This document shows, piece after piece, positions 7,469 through 22,185 of a stretch of 64,000 nucleotides of DNA. The position numbers were made by a program, and so were the translations under genes. Positions within the stretch are counted from its first letter, which is position 1. The number at the start of each line of letters is the position of its first letter. The DNA is from Nannocystales bacterium (GTDB lineage Bacteria > Myxococcota_A > Polyangia > Nannocystales > Nannocystaceae): the NCBI GenBank assembly GCA_050633305.1, contig JBOEGF010000009.1, positions 164,571-228,570 of the forward strand. The letters are read 5' to 3'. The notes beneath the pieces were generated by a model. It searched no databases, was not told the DNA's origin, and saw nothing but the letters and a program-made list of their open reading frames with translations.

Positions 7469-8332
7469 TTACTCTTGGGAGTCGGGTGAGGGGTTCGTGG
7501 TCAGCGCGATGCCGCCGTCGCGCAGCGCGATCGTCCGGGCCTTGTACAAGACCCCGACGCCGCGCTTGAACGCCTTCTTGCTCATGCCCAGGTGTTTCTC
7601 GATCTCCGCGGGGGTACTGCGGTCGTGCAGCGGTAGGAAACCGCCGGCGGCTTCGAGGGCCTCGAGCACCGTGGCCTGAGCATCGAGCATGCCGGCTTTG
7701 CCGCGTCGCTTGAGGCGGATGTCGAGTCGGTTGTCGCCTCGCACCTCGCGGACGTAGCCGGTGTGCTGGGTGCCGAGTTTCATCGGACCGTACACGTCGC
7801 TGTGATGGACCAGCCCGCGATGGCGCTGGTCGACGATGACTTGTACGCCTGCATCGATTCTTCCGTAGACCAGAAGCTCGACCTCTTGGTCGATGTCGAT
7901 GTCCTCCACGTCGTAGTCGAGGTAGGTCGCGACGTGTGTCGATCCGATCAGGCGCTCGCCTTTGCGATCCAACATGACGTAGACGACGTAGTCACGCCCT
8001 TCTTCCATGCGCTGCGCCTGCTCGAACGGCGGCACGTAGAGATCCTTGGGCAACCCCCAGTCCATGTACGCACCCGCGTGGGTCACCGACACGCATCGCA
8101 TGCAGGCAAACTCGCCGAGCGCGGCGACGGGGGAGACCGTCGTCGCTTGGACGGTTCCGTCTCGACCCTCGAAGATGAAGACCCGAAGTTGCCCGCCGAC
8201 CCTGACATCCGGCGGCGCTTCTCCACTGGGAAGCACGAGGGGACGATCCGGCGCTCGCAGCGTGATCCGGTCCGCGGTGGCCTCGGTGACCTCCAGCGTT
8301 TGAAATCTTCCCAGCGCGAGCGGGCGTTGCAT
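7469..8332 (-). CDS. cvfB: CvfB family S1 RNA-binding protein
   Basis: GAYMDWGLPKDLYVP; C-terminal winged helix GFLPLHDRSTPAEI...MSKKAFKRGVGVLYK. Confidence 0.85.
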   Translation of the reverse strand: MQRPLALGRFQTLEVTEATADRITLRAPDRPLVLPSGEAPPDVRVGGQLRVFIFEGRDGTVQATTVSPVAALGEFACMRCVSVTHAGAYMDWGLPKDLYVPPFEQAQRMEEGRDYVVYVMLDRKGERLIGSTHVATYLDYDVEDIDIDQEVELLVYGRIDAGVQVIVDQRHRGLVHHSDVYGPMKLGTQHTGYVREVRGDNRLDIRLKRRGKAGMLDAQATVLEALEAAGGFLPLHDRSTPAEIEKHLGMSKKAFKRGVGVLYKARTIALRDGGIALTTNPSPDSQE

Positions 8333-8455
8333 GGGCGTGAGCCTACAACCTCGGGTCGGGTTGTGTGCCTCAGCCCAGTCATGTAAACCCCGCGCCCTCT
8401 ACCGGCCGCATGGACGCAATGGTCCGTTCACGCACGGGGTGGAGCACCGAATCCC

Positions 8456-10144
8456 ATGTCCCAAGCACCGAACCGAGGGAGCGTCCGCGCAGACGTCCTA
8501 AGCGGTATCACCGTCGCCCTGGCACTCGTACCCGAGGCTGTCGCCTTTGCGTTCGTTGCGGGCGTGCCGCCCGTCGTTGGTCTGTACGGGGCGTTCATGA
8601 TGGGCCTCATCACGTCGCTCTTCGGTGGGCGCCCTGGGATGATCTCGGGGGCAACCGGGGCGATGGCGGTGGTCATGGTTTCGCTCGTGAGCGAGGGCAA
8701 CGCGCTGGGACTGGCCGCAGGGAGCGACTCCGCGCTCACCGGCCTGCAGTACCTGTTCGCGACGTTGATTCTCGCAGGCATCCTCCAACTCGGCGCCGGT
8801 GCCTTCGGTCTGGGCAAGTTCGTCCGCATGATCCCCAGCTCGGTGATGATGGGCTTCGTCAACGGGCTGGCCATCGTCATCTTCCTCTCCCAACTCGGGA
8901 TGTTCCGCACCCAAGGCTCGTGGATGCAAGGCACGCCCTTGATGACCATGCTTGGACTGACCGGTCTGACGATGGGGATCATGGTCGTGCTGCCCAAGCT
9001 GACGAAGGCCGTTCCGGCGGCCCTGGTCGCCATCGTGACGGTGGCCGCGATCACGATCCTCGGCGAGATCGATACGCCGACGGTCGCCTCGTTCATCACG
9101 GATCGGGGCGGGACCGGAATCGCCGCCGGGCTCCCGAGTTTTGCGGTCCCGATCATTCCGCTCAACCAGGAGACGCTGGTGTTCATCCTCCCGTATGCCG
9201 GGATTCTCGCGGCGATCGGGCTGATCGAGTCTCTGATGACGCTCAACCTGGTCGATGAACTCACCGAGACCCGCGGCAACGCGAACCGCGAGTGTTTTGC
9301 TCAGGGCGCGGCCAACATCGCCAACGGCTTCTTCGGCGGCATGGGCGGGTGCGCGATGATCGGGCAGAGCATCATCAACATTCAGTCCGGTGGTCGCTCC
9401 CGGATCTCCGGTGTCGTCGCGTCGCTCGGCTTGCTCGGCTTCATCCTCTTTGGCGCCTCGCTGATCGAGATGGTCCCGATCGCCGCGCTGGTCGGCGTGA
9501 TGTTCATGGTGGTGATCGGGACGTTCGCGTGGAACACCTTCCGCATCATCAACAAGGTGCCCGCGGCGGATGTGGCTGTAATGGCGCTCGTCACGGGGCT
9601 GACCGTCGTCTTCGATCTTGCCGTCGCGGTGTTGTGCGGCGTCATCGTCTCGGCCCTGGTCTTCGCCTGGGAAAACGCGTTGCGGATTCGCGCACGGAAG
9701 TCGATCGACGAGCAGGGCGTCAAGCACTACGAGATCTACGGCCCGCTCTTCTTCGGCTCGACAACCCTGTTCGCCTCGAAGTTCGATGTAGCGTCCGACC
9801 CCGACGAGGTCGTTGTCGACTTCGCCGAGTCTCGTATCGTCGACCAGAGCGCCATCGAGGCGATCAACAAGCTGGCGGAGCGCTACCAAGCCGCCGCCAA
9901 GACGCTCCACCTGCGTCACTTGAGCCCCGACTGCATTGCGCTCATTCGCCGCGCCGAAAAGATCTGCGACGTGAATGTGCTCGAGGACCCGGAGTACTTC
10001 GTCGCCGTGAACGACTACCGCAACGCGATCGAGAAGACGCTCGCTGGTGTCACGGACGGCGGAGCGGGCAGGCTTGAAGACGCCGATGTTCATGGGCTCG
10101 CTCGCGAGGGCCGGGCTCTGCAGCGACGGACCGACGCGGACTAA
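8456..10144 (+). CDS. SulP family anion permease with STAS domain
   Basis: LSGITVALALVPEAVAFA, GRPGMISGATGA, GLIESL, GGCAMIGQS, GPLFFGS and a STAS tail. Confidence 0.95.
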   Translation: MSQAPNRGSVRADVLSGITVALALVPEAVAFAFVAGVPPVVGLYGAFMMGLITSLFGGRPGMISGATGAMAVVMVSLVSEGNALGLAAGSDSALTGLQYLFATLILAGILQLGAGAFGLGKFVRMIPSSVMMGFVNGLAIVIFLSQLGMFRTQGSWMQGTPLMTMLGLTGLTMGIMVVLPKLTKAVPAALVAIVTVAAITILGEIDTPTVASFITDRGGTGIAAGLPSFAVPIIPLNQETLVFILPYAGILAAIGLIESLMTLNLVDELTETRGNANRECFAQGAANIANGFFGGMGGCAMIGQSIINIQSGGRSRISGVVASLGLLGFILFGASLIEMVPIAALVGVMFMVVIGTFAWNTFRIINKVPAADVAVMALVTGLTVVFDLAVAVLCGVIVSALVFAWENALRIRARKSIDEQGVKHYEIYGPLFFGSTTLFASKFDVASDPDEVVVDFAESRIVDQSAIEAINKLAERYQAAAKTLHLRHLSPDCIALIRRAEKICDVNVLEDPEYFVAVNDYRNAIEKTLAGVTDGGAGRLEDADVHGLAREGRALQRRTDAD

Positions 10145-10252
10145 GGGCCTCTTTTTCGCGTGATAGGCGCGGTTTGGCGGCACACTCCCTCGCATCCGCC
10201 AAGAAATTGACCTGGATCCGCCAAACGTTCAGGGTCGCGCCGAGTGCCGACC

Positions 10253-14640
<4,388 letters not shown>

Positions 14641-14684
14641 CCGCCGCACGGTCTCCTCGCCTGCTGGTGTCGTGGAACTCGACT

Positions 14685-14851
14685 CTAGCAGGGTGAGGAA
14701 AAAGTCCCACGCAGTGCATAACGGCGCCCTCGCCATGCATAGCTGCGTTCCTCATCGGTCACAGGTGTCCAACCAGCTCCCTCTTCGCGCCTTGCTCTGC
14801 ATGGCGATGACACCGTTCTGCATACGCGCGACTCTTTCCTCACCCTGCTAG
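14685..14851. mobile_element. MITE-like non-autonomous element: 159 bp flanked by CTAG, ~59-bp imperfect inverted repeats
   Basis: Left end CTAG-CAGGGTGAGGAAAAAGTC; right end GACTCTTTCCTCACCCTG-CTAG. Arms 14685-14743 and 14794-14851 match at 49 of 59 positions, the first 17 perfectly. No credible ORF inside. Confidence 0.65.
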
Positions 14852-15954
14852 GGGCTCAGCACCGCCGCGAGCTGCGTCTCGAGGTCGGCCGGAGCACCCG
14901 CGATACGGAGGCGCTCCGAGCCGCGTGCGTCGAGGACAACCGTGGTGGGCACGTCCCGGACCGCGAAGCGGCTGAACCACTCGCCGCCGCGGTCGAGCGC
15001 CAGCGGAAACTGAATGCCATACCGCTCTTGATAGCCGCGAACCTGGTCTTCGTCGGTCCACAGTGATTGCGCGACGCCGATGAACCGGGCTTGCGAACCC
15101 AGCGTGGCATGCAGTTCGTTGAGTCGCTCTTGCTGCGCGATGCAGGCTTTGGACATGGCAGGCCGGCTGTCCGCCAGGTACCAGTCGCACCAGGTCGCCA
15201 CGAACGAGAGGACGGTGGGTTGCTCTGCCGCTGCCGTGACCTCGAAAGACCCGCCGTCGAGCAGCTCGAGCGGCGACGCTCCGGATTCGTGAGCGAGCGC
15301 AGGGGCCTCGCGCGGGGGCGTTGGGGTGGGTGCGTGGTCGGAGGACATCGCGGCGAGGGCTTGGTCCAGATCCTGGGACGCGCGGTGCCCGACGTACGCG
15401 ATCGAGCCGGACGCGTCGATCAAGATGTGCTGGGGGGTGACCTCGACCTGAAACGCCGCCGCAACCCTTCCGTCGGCGTCGTAGCCGATCGGCATGGACA
15501 GGTCGTGGTCGCGCTGAAAATCACGGACGGCGTCCTTGCTTTCGTTGAGCCCCACGTTGACGGCGACGATGGTCATGTCATCTCCGTACCGCTGCTGCGC
15601 AGCCTCGAAGTGCGGCATCTGTTCACGGCAGGGCACACACCAGGTCGCCCAGAACTTCAGGTAGACGGGCTTGCGGCCGACGACGTCGCTGAGGTCGAGC
15701 GAGTCGCCGTCGAGCAGGTCCACGACCGGGGTGGGGGCAGGATGCCCGACGACGTCCGCTTCGACGCGTTTCGCCCGGAGTTCGCCGACGTCCTCGATCT
15801 CCTCCCCGGTTGCAACGTCTTGCGTTTTCGCGGAGTCCGCATTCCCGGCTTGCGCGGGTGGCTTTGGCTCTGCGGCGGGAGGCGCCGACGTGGAGCAGGC
15901 CAAGGTGGACGCGGTCCACAAGACCATGATGGCGGTCGCGGTTCGCTGGCTCAT
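14848..15954 (-). CDS. Two-domain TlpA/thioredoxin-like lipoprotein
   Basis: STLAC lipobox. Domain 1 FWATWCVPC...TP; domain 2 FVATWCDWYLADSRPAMSKAC...VP. Confidence 0.85.
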   Translation of the reverse strand: MSQRTATAIMVLWTASTLACSTSAPPAAEPKPPAQAGNADSAKTQDVATGEEIEDVGELRAKRVEADVVGHPAPTPVVDLLDGDSLDLSDVVGRKPVYLKFWATWCVPCREQMPHFEAAQQRYGDDMTIVAVNVGLNESKDAVRDFQRDHDLSMPIGYDADGRVAAAFQVEVTPQHILIDASGSIAYVGHRASQDLDQALAAMSSDHAPTPTPPREAPALAHESGASPLELLDGGSFEVTAAAEQPTVLSFVATWCDWYLADSRPAMSKACIAQQERLNELHATLGSQARFIGVAQSLWTDEDQVRGYQERYGIQFPLALDRGGEWFSRFAVRDVPTTVVLDARGSERLRIAGAPADLETQLAAVLSP

Positions 15955-16038
15955 CGGTCGGGACCGTAGCAGCGTGTCGGTGCACGTCCACAGTCAGGGC
16001 CCGCGCAGGATGTGCATCCAGATGTCGGCGCTTCGCGC

Positions 16039-16407
16039 CTACCGGAAGGTTGCGAACGCGACGGCCGACGCGGCCACGAACTCGACGACGAAGTACAGGC
16101 GGGGGAAGCGGCCGAACGAACCATCGATCGAGGCCGATATGAGTCTGCCGATCGCCATGCCGAACAGCGCCGCGGCCACGGCGAATCCTACGCCGGGACG
16201 GAGGGTGTCGACGAACGTCGCTGTTGCCAACGCGGCGGCCATCGCAAGGCCGAATCCTCCGTACACGGCGCGGACCTCGTTGCGGCCGTCCGGGGTCAAA
16301 GTGTCGACGCCAAACTGGTCGGTGACACGCGTCGGGAGTACGAACGCGATGAGTCCCATCGTGCCGAAGCCCAGCGCGCAGGTCAGGAAGGTCAAGCAAG
16401 AGAGCAT
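16039..16407 (-). CDS. DUF4345-like small membrane protein
   Basis: NEVRAVYGGFG and GRLISASIDG motifs; about four TM segments. Confidence 0.75.
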   Translation of the reverse strand: MLSCLTFLTCALGFGTMGLIAFVLPTRVTDQFGVDTLTPDGRNEVRAVYGGFGLAMAAALATATFVDTLRPGVGFAVAAALFGMAIGRLISASIDGSFGRFPRLYFVVEFVAASAVAFATFR

Positions 16408-16613
16408 GGGGTTCGAACCTCGTGGTCCGGAGGAGAGCACTGGTGAAGCGGCGGCGCTTTCGAGAACCGGCCGCGGCGGTTTCCGAGCGTGGCGCGTGGC
16501 CATTTTCGCGCCAGCGCAGAGTTCCCCGCGCCGAGACGGTGAGATTCGTAGGCGTGCGCCGTTGGCCGTTGGCGGCCCCGCACGGGCTTGGCTCCTGTTA
16601 CAACCCGCTTTCG

Positions 16614-17795
16614 ATGGCTTCGCCCGCGCACGTCAAGGTTCAGCTCCGTAAGCCGCTGCGTCGAACGATCCGCCGCGGGCACCCGTGGATCTTTCGCGAT
16701 GCGCTGGCGCGTCTCAGCTGCACGCCCGGCGATGTCATCACGATCGTCGACGAGCGGGACCGGTTCATCGCCCGAGGTTGGGCGGAGGAAGGCCCCATCG
16801 CGGTTCGACTGCTCACGACCGTCAACGAGCCGATCGACAAGGACCTGCTTCGGGGACGTATCGAAGCGGCTGCGACCCTGCGGGCGCGCATGGTGCCGCC
16901 GAACACCACGACGTACCGTCTCTTGCACGGCGAGGGAGATCGGCTGCCGGGGGTCGTCTGCGACGTCTACGGCAACCACGCCACGCTCAAGCTCGATGGC
17001 ACCGCGACGCTCGTTTGGCGAGACGCGCTCGTCAGCGCATTGATCCCCACGTTGCAGGCCCAAGGGGTTGAGGGCCTCATGCTCCGCACGGGGCGTCGCG
17101 GCCAGAAGAAGGTGTCGCAAGTGTGGGGGCAGCCGTGCCCACAGAAGGTGGTGGTGAGCGAGCAAGGTCTTCAGCTCAGCGTCGACCTCGTGCACGGGCA
17201 GAAAACGGGCATGTTCGTCGATCACCGCACCGCGCGTCGGGTGACCCGTAAGATCTCCGCCGGGCTCCGGGTCCTCGACCTGTACAGCTACATCGGTGGG
17301 TTCTCGGCCTCGGCGGGGCTTGGTGGGGCGTCTTCGGTCGTCACCGTCGACATCTCCGCGGGCGCCATCGAGGCGGCCAGCGAGACCTGGGCGCTCAACG
17401 GGCTCGACCCGGCGCATCACACCCCCGTGGTCGCCGACGTCCCCAAGTTCCTCGCCGCCCAGCAAGAAGCGGGCGCCCAGTTCGACCTGATCATCGCCGA
17501 CCCCCCCAGCTTCGCGCCCAACCATGCCGCGAAGTCCGGCGCGCTCAAGGCCTACGGCAAGCTGCACCAGGCGTGCTGCCGGTTGCTGGCACCGCGAGGC
17601 TATCTCTTGGCGGCCTCCTGCAGCAGCCACGTCACCCGCGATGACTTCGAGATGTGCCTGATCGAGGCCGCGGACAAGGTTCGCCGCAACCTCCAAGTGC
17701 TCGATCGGTGGGGGGCACCCCCTGATCACCCTAGGTTGCTCGGATTCCCCGAGGGTGACTACCTGAAGTCCGTGCTGAGCCGGGCCGTCGACTGA
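16614..17795 (+). CDS. RlmI-like SAM-dependent rRNA m5C methyltransferase
   Basis: RGHPWIF (PUA domain), [43 protein letters not shown]. Confidence 0.9.
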   Translation: MASPAHVKVQLRKPLRRTIRRGHPWIFRDALARLSCTPGDVITIVDERDRFIARGWAEEGPIAVRLLTTVNEPIDKDLLRGRIEAAATLRARMVPPNTTTYRLLHGEGDRLPGVVCDVYGNHATLKLDGTATLVWRDALVSALIPTLQAQGVEGLMLRTGRRGQKKVSQVWGQPCPQKVVVSEQGLQLSVDLVHGQKTGMFVDHRTARRVTRKISAGLRVLDLYSYIGGFSASAGLGGASSVVTVDISAGAIEAASETWALNGLDPAHHTPVVADVPKFLAAQQEAGAQFDLIIADPPSFAPNHAAKSGALKAYGKLHQACCRLLAPRGYLLAASCSSHVTRDDFEMCLIEAADKVRRNLQVLDRWGAPPDHPRLLGFPEGDYLKSVLSRAVD

Positions 17796-17892
17796 TCCGT
17801 GCAACCGGGGGCAGTGGTGGCCGTCGTACCCTCCACGGTGGCCCCGGTGCTCGGTGGGCGAGCACCCCGCAGCGACCCCCAGGTATAAACAC

Positions 17893-19239
17893 ATGATGTC
17901 CCGCGCCCTTAGCTCCTTCTCCCTTGCAACGCTGTGTGCGCTGCTCCCTAGCACTGCACTCGCCGACGAGGTGCTGGACGCGTCCGGCGTCGTGATCGAT
18001 TTTACCGGTTTCGATGGCTCAGGGTTCGCCCCCGAGCCGGCCGAGGGCCAGTTGGACTCGGATGACTGGATCGTCACGGGGCTCAGCGATGGGGACTTCG
18101 ACTTCGGCGACACCGTGATGACGGGCGACTACGCGCGCGGGGTCTCGGAGGGTGGGGAGACGACGGGTGGGGTGTACGCGTTCGATCCAGAGAACGACGC
18201 CACGACCCTCGCGCTCGGTGTCCAGCCCGGCGAGACAGACTTCACGCCGGGTGCGTTCATCCTGCGGCTACAGAACCAGACAGGCGGCGTCCTCAACCGC
18301 CTTCAACTCGCCAGCACGCTGTTCGTCTTCAACAATGCCGCGCGTAGCAACAGCTTGACCCTCGAATACTCCACGGACAACGAAACATGGCTGGCTGTCG
18401 TCGGGGCCACCGTGACCTCCGGCGAGGCGGCGGACGCACCGGCAACATGGGTCGCTACGGACACCGACGACGTCATCGACATGCTTGGCGTCGGCGAAGG
18501 TGAGTTCATCTACTTCCGGTGGCAAGGCGACGACGTGAGCGATGCTGGCTCGAGGGACGAGTTCGCGATCGACGACATCTTTGTCCTGCCGATCTCCATC
18601 TGCGGCAACAACACGATGGATCCCGGCGAAGCCTGTGACGACGGCAACACCGACGACGACGACGGCTGCACATCTCTGTGCATGTCGGCAACGTGCGGCG
18701 ATGGCTTCGTGCAGAAGGACTTCGAGCAGTGCGACGACGGCAACGACGACAACACCGATGAATGCATCGCCTGCGTGCTCGCCGAGTGCGGAGATGGCTT
18801 CGTGCAAGAGGGCGTCGAAGAGTGCGACGACGGCAACGGAGATGACGGAGACGAGTGCGCCAACGACTGCACGCTCGGCGAGGACCCTTCAACCTCCGGA
18901 GCCACGAGCACAGACGGCGAGACGGGCGATGCCGAGACCGGAAATGCCACCGGCGATACCGACGGCGGTTCCACGGGCGGAGCCTCGGGAGATCCCACGG
19001 CCGCCAGCACCGACGCGACGGTGACCGCCGGCGCAACGGTCACCATCACGGTCACCGACGGCAACGCGAGCGGCGATGGCTCGGATGACGACGGCAGTGG
19101 CGGGGCGGACTCGGCAGGCTCGGACGACGACAGTGGCGGCTGTGCGGTCGGTGGCCGGGGACGCGGAGGTGCGCCCTGGCTGCTCGCCGCATTCGGTGTG
19201 CTTGGCCTGCGCCGACGACGGCGTATGTTGGCTCGCTGA
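17893..19239 (+). CDS. Secreted MYXO-CTERM protein with myxobacterial Cys-rich (DUF4215-type) repeats
   Basis: Signal peptide, three CGD/NG...E.CDDGN...C repeats, T/G/D linker, C-terminal GGCAVG...[17 protein letters not shown]. Confidence 0.9.
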   Translation: MMSRALSSFSLATLCALLPSTALADEVLDASGVVIDFTGFDGSGFAPEPAEGQLDSDDWIVTGLSDGDFDFGDTVMTGDYARGVSEGGETTGGVYAFDPENDATTLALGVQPGETDFTPGAFILRLQNQTGGVLNRLQLASTLFVFNNAARSNSLTLEYSTDNETWLAVVGATVTSGEAADAPATWVATDTDDVIDMLGVGEGEFIYFRWQGDDVSDAGSRDEFAIDDIFVLPISICGNNTMDPGEACDDGNTDDDDGCTSLCMSATCGDGFVQKDFEQCDDGNDDNTDECIACVLAECGDGFVQEGVEECDDGNGDDGDECANDCTLGEDPSTSGATSTDGETGDAETGNATGDTDGGSTGGASGDPTAASTDATVTAGATVTITVTDGNASGDGSDDDGSGGADSAGSDDDSGGCAVGGRGRGGAPWLLAAFGVLGLRRRRRMLAR

Positions 19240-19333
19240 AATCGCAGTGGTCCCGGAGACGGACCGCGCGTAGGGGGACAAATCCCCCAACAAGTCCTTG
19301 AAGGCTCCGGCGAATGGCCTCATTCCGTAAGGG

Positions 19334-21583
19334 ATGGCCTCAGCCAAGCGCGACGACCGACGGGGCGTCCCACGTCTCCTCGGGGCGCGTGATCGGACGA
19401 TGTCGCTGATCGCCGCGGTGTTGGAGGAGGAAGAGGCCGAGCGTGAAGCCCCCGCGCGGCAGCATCGAAAATCGCTCGCCCGCGGTCGTGTCGGGTTCGT
19501 GCTGACGGCCGGATTCGGCTGTGCGCTCGCTGCGTTGGCGGGTGGACTGGGAGCTTCCTGGCTCGACACGCCCGAGCTCGATCAGTTCGAGGCGCTGCTC
19601 GAGGTCGGTGGCGTCGATGCTCTCGAGGATGCGCTGTCCGAGCTGGAGGCCGTCTCCGGTGCGGACTCCTCCTCCCGTGCCCGGATCGCTCGGGCTCACG
19701 CGCGGGCCCAGCAGGCGGCCTGGGGTTCAGCCTTCATCGCGGAGGCGGACGGGTTGCTGGCGCCCGGTGACGACGGTGTGCACGCCGCTCGGGCATCGGC
19801 TCTGCTCGCAGGGATGGAGGGCACCGCGCGGGATGCCGAGGGTGCCTGGGCACGCGGTCTTGCGGCGGGTCGCAGCCTCGAAGTCACTGCGATGCATCGG
19901 GCGGTGGACGAGCTCCAAGCACAGCGTCGCCGACCGGCCGGTGCCACGCGCACGCTTGCCGCGCTCCAGTTTTCGCTCGGAGACGTCTCCGCGGCGTTTG
20001 CCACCCTCGAGGAGGTGCACACTCCGCAGGCGGCCGCCGACCGAGCGTTCCATGCCGCCTGGGTTGGACCCGTGCAGGACCAAGCTCCGATCCTCGCGCA
20101 GGAGGTTCCGGGCCGGAATTCATTGCTGAGGGCGTTTTCGGCGATCCGAGATGCGGACCACGAGCAGGCCGTTCTCGCGCTGGCCGATGCCCGCGGGCAC
20201 CTGCTGCCGTGGGACCCCGTCGCCGTGAGCACGGCGCTTCGGTTGAGTTTTATCGCCGCCGATGCGCAGGGCCTGCGGTCCTGGTCCAAGGACGACTCGC
20301 GGCCTTGGTCCGCCGAGGTCCGCACGTTGGCGGCCGCGTATGCCGACGTCCTTTCCGGACAAACCGACAGCGCACAAGCGCGATTGGACGGCTTTTCGGC
20401 CGACGCTCCGTGGGTGGCCTACCTCGGTGGATTTGTCGCCGCGGAGCAGCAGCAGTGGCCGGATGCAATGCGCCACTGTGCGGTTGCGCGACGGGGAATG
20501 GCGGGGCGGGCCGAGCTCGACGTTCTCGCCGCCTGGGTGGCGACCCATGTCTTGGACGCCGAGGTCGCACATGCCCAGCTCGTCGGGTTGTCCGAACATG
20601 CAGCGTGGGCGCCTCGGGTGTGGACCGCCTTGGCGCGAGCGTCGGAGCGTGTCGGCGCGCCGCAACAACAGGTTGAGAGGTTCTACGAGCGGGCGCTCGA
20701 GGTCGAGCATCGTCCGGCTGCGGCCGCGGCTGCGCTGGCCGCTCGGGCGTCGGGGGATGAAGCGCTTCACCTTTGGACGATGGCGAGTGAGTTCGAGCCC
20801 GCCGCGGCGCAGTACCGGGTGTCTCTGGGGATGACGCAGGTCGGCCAGGGTCGACTCGCGGAGGGGTGGTCCAACGCGAGTTCACTCGAGCATGGGGACG
20901 CCGATGCCTGGCTGTCGCTGGTCCAGCTGGCCCTCTTCCGGGCCCGTGCCGGCGGGACCGTGGATTCCCGTGCCGAGGGTTGGGTCCGCAAGGCCGAGGC
21001 TGCGGCCGCAACGACCGAAGCGGTCGAAGTGGCTCGGCTACAAGTAGCGTTCGCGCGAGGGGAGGACGTCTCGAAGCAGGCCCGAGCCTTGAGCCGGGAC
21101 TACCCGCGACGTGCCGATGCTGCGGCACTCTCGATTCGCAGCCAGGGACGCGCGGGCCGCGTGCTCGCCGCGCGCCGCGACGCGGTGCTGGCCCGCAGCC
21201 GTCTCGAGAGGCCCGAGATCCCGCTGACGACGCTGGCACTTGCAGAGGTCCTCCGCGAACACGGCGAGCTCCGAGAGGCCGCACAGCTCGCGTTCAAGGC
21301 TTGGAGTGGATTGTCGCCGGAGGCCGACGCCCTCGAGGCCCTCGTCGTGGCTCGGACGGCGGCGGACATCTGGCTGGACCTCGGGAACGCGTCCGGCGCT
21401 CGGTCGATCGCCCGAGAGCTGACGAGCCGGCTGCCGGCGAGTCCCGATGCCTGGTTGCTCCGCGCGCGTGTCCAGATCGCCGCGGGGGTGCCCGCCTCTG
21501 CGTGCCGGAGTCTGGGTCGCGCTCGAACCCTCGATCCCGATGTGGTGCTCGAAGGCTCGCGGTGCGAGGCAGACCCCGCGTAA
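19334..21583 (+). CDS. Membrane-anchored Ala-rich TPR-like protein
   Basis: One N-terminal TM, then helical repeats (P..PDAWLLRARV, ARTLDP). Confidence 0.7.
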   Translation: MASAKRDDRRGVPRLLGARDRTMSLIAAVLEEEEAEREAPARQHRKSLARGRVGFVLTAGFGCALAALAGGLGASWLDTPELDQFEALLEVGGVDALEDALSELEAVSGADSSSRARIARAHARAQQAAWGSAFIAEADGLLAPGDDGVHAARASALLAGMEGTARDAEGAWARGLAAGRSLEVTAMHRAVDELQAQRRRPAGATRTLAALQFSLGDVSAAFATLEEVHTPQAAADRAFHAAWVGPVQDQAPILAQEVPGRNSLLRAFSAIRDADHEQAVLALADARGHLLPWDPVAVSTALRLSFIAADAQGLRSWSKDDSRPWSAEVRTLAAAYADVLSGQTDSAQARLDGFSADAPWVAYLGGFVAAEQQQWPDAMRHCAVARRGMAGRAELDVLAAWVATHVLDAEVAHAQLVGLSEHAAWAPRVWTALARASERVGAPQQQVERFYERALEVEHRPAAAAAALAARASGDEALHLWTMASEFEPAAAQYRVSLGMTQVGQGRLAEGWSNASSLEHGDADAWLSLVQLALFRARAGGTVDSRAEGWVRKAEAAAATTEAVEVARLQVAFARGEDVSKQARALSRDYPRRADAAALSIRSQGRAGRVLAARRDAVLARSRLERPEIPLTTLALAEVLREHGELREAAQLAFKAWSGLSPEADALEALVVARTAADIWLDLGNASGARSIARELTSRLPASPDAWLLRARVQIAAGVPASACRSLGRARTLDPDVVLEGSRCEADPA

Positions 21584-21610
21584 CCTGCCCGGGCAACCGC
21601 GACGCGGTCT

Positions 21611-22096
21611 CTACCCGATCTCGAAGTCGAAGGCGGGGATGTCGGGGTCCTCGACCGCAAACTCGACCTCGAAACCCGGAGGAGGCTCCATCTCGGACTC
21701 GGGTTCGATACCCATCGGGGGCTCGACCGCGGCTCCGGCCGCGACCTCGTCGTCCTCGTCTTCGACGAGATCGGAGAGCTCCTGAACGTCGTCTTCGTCC
21801 GGGACGTCGCCCGCGATCGACCCCGATGGTCGAAATGCGACGACCTCCACCCATTCCGCGTCGATCAGCTCCTCGAGTCGCAGGAGCGCGTCGTCGTGCC
21901 GATCGAAGTCCGAAGGCGTCCACGCGAACTCGCGCACGAGGAAGTCGACCACGCGCTCGAGCGCGTCCCGAGGCCCGTGGCGAAGGACGCGGACAAACTC
22001 CTGCGCAGGTACGGTGTCACCCGCATCGCGTTGCGAAGCCCGGCCTCGCTGACACCGGTACAGCTCGAATCGCTGTAGACCGTCGTACACCCGCAC
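21611..22096 (-). CDS. Hypothetical protein with acidic C-terminal tail; start uncertain
   Basis: Protein-like composition that fills the gap; tail EPPMGIEPESEMEPPPGFEVEFAVEDPDIPAFDFEIG. Divergent from the 22186 gene. Confidence 0.7.
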   Translation of the reverse strand: MRVYDGLQRFELYRCQRGRASQRDAGDTVPAQEFVRVLRHGPRDALERVVDFLVREFAWTPSDFDRHDDALLRLEELIDAEWVEVVAFRPSGSIAGDVPDEDDVQELSDLVEDEDDEVAAGAAVEPPMGIEPESEMEPPPGFEVEFAVEDPDIPAFDFEIG

Positions 22097-22185
22097 ACAG
22101 CCACCGTACCATGTCCACACGATACCGACCTGAGGTTGTGACCGCCGTGAATGCGCGCGAGACTTGGGAGGAGTAGCCGAGCACG

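Noticed and set aside
16405..16424. GGTTCGAAC resembling a tRNA T-arm
   Set aside because: No acceptor, D or anticodon arms; it is only a small hairpin at the start of the DUF4345-like gene.
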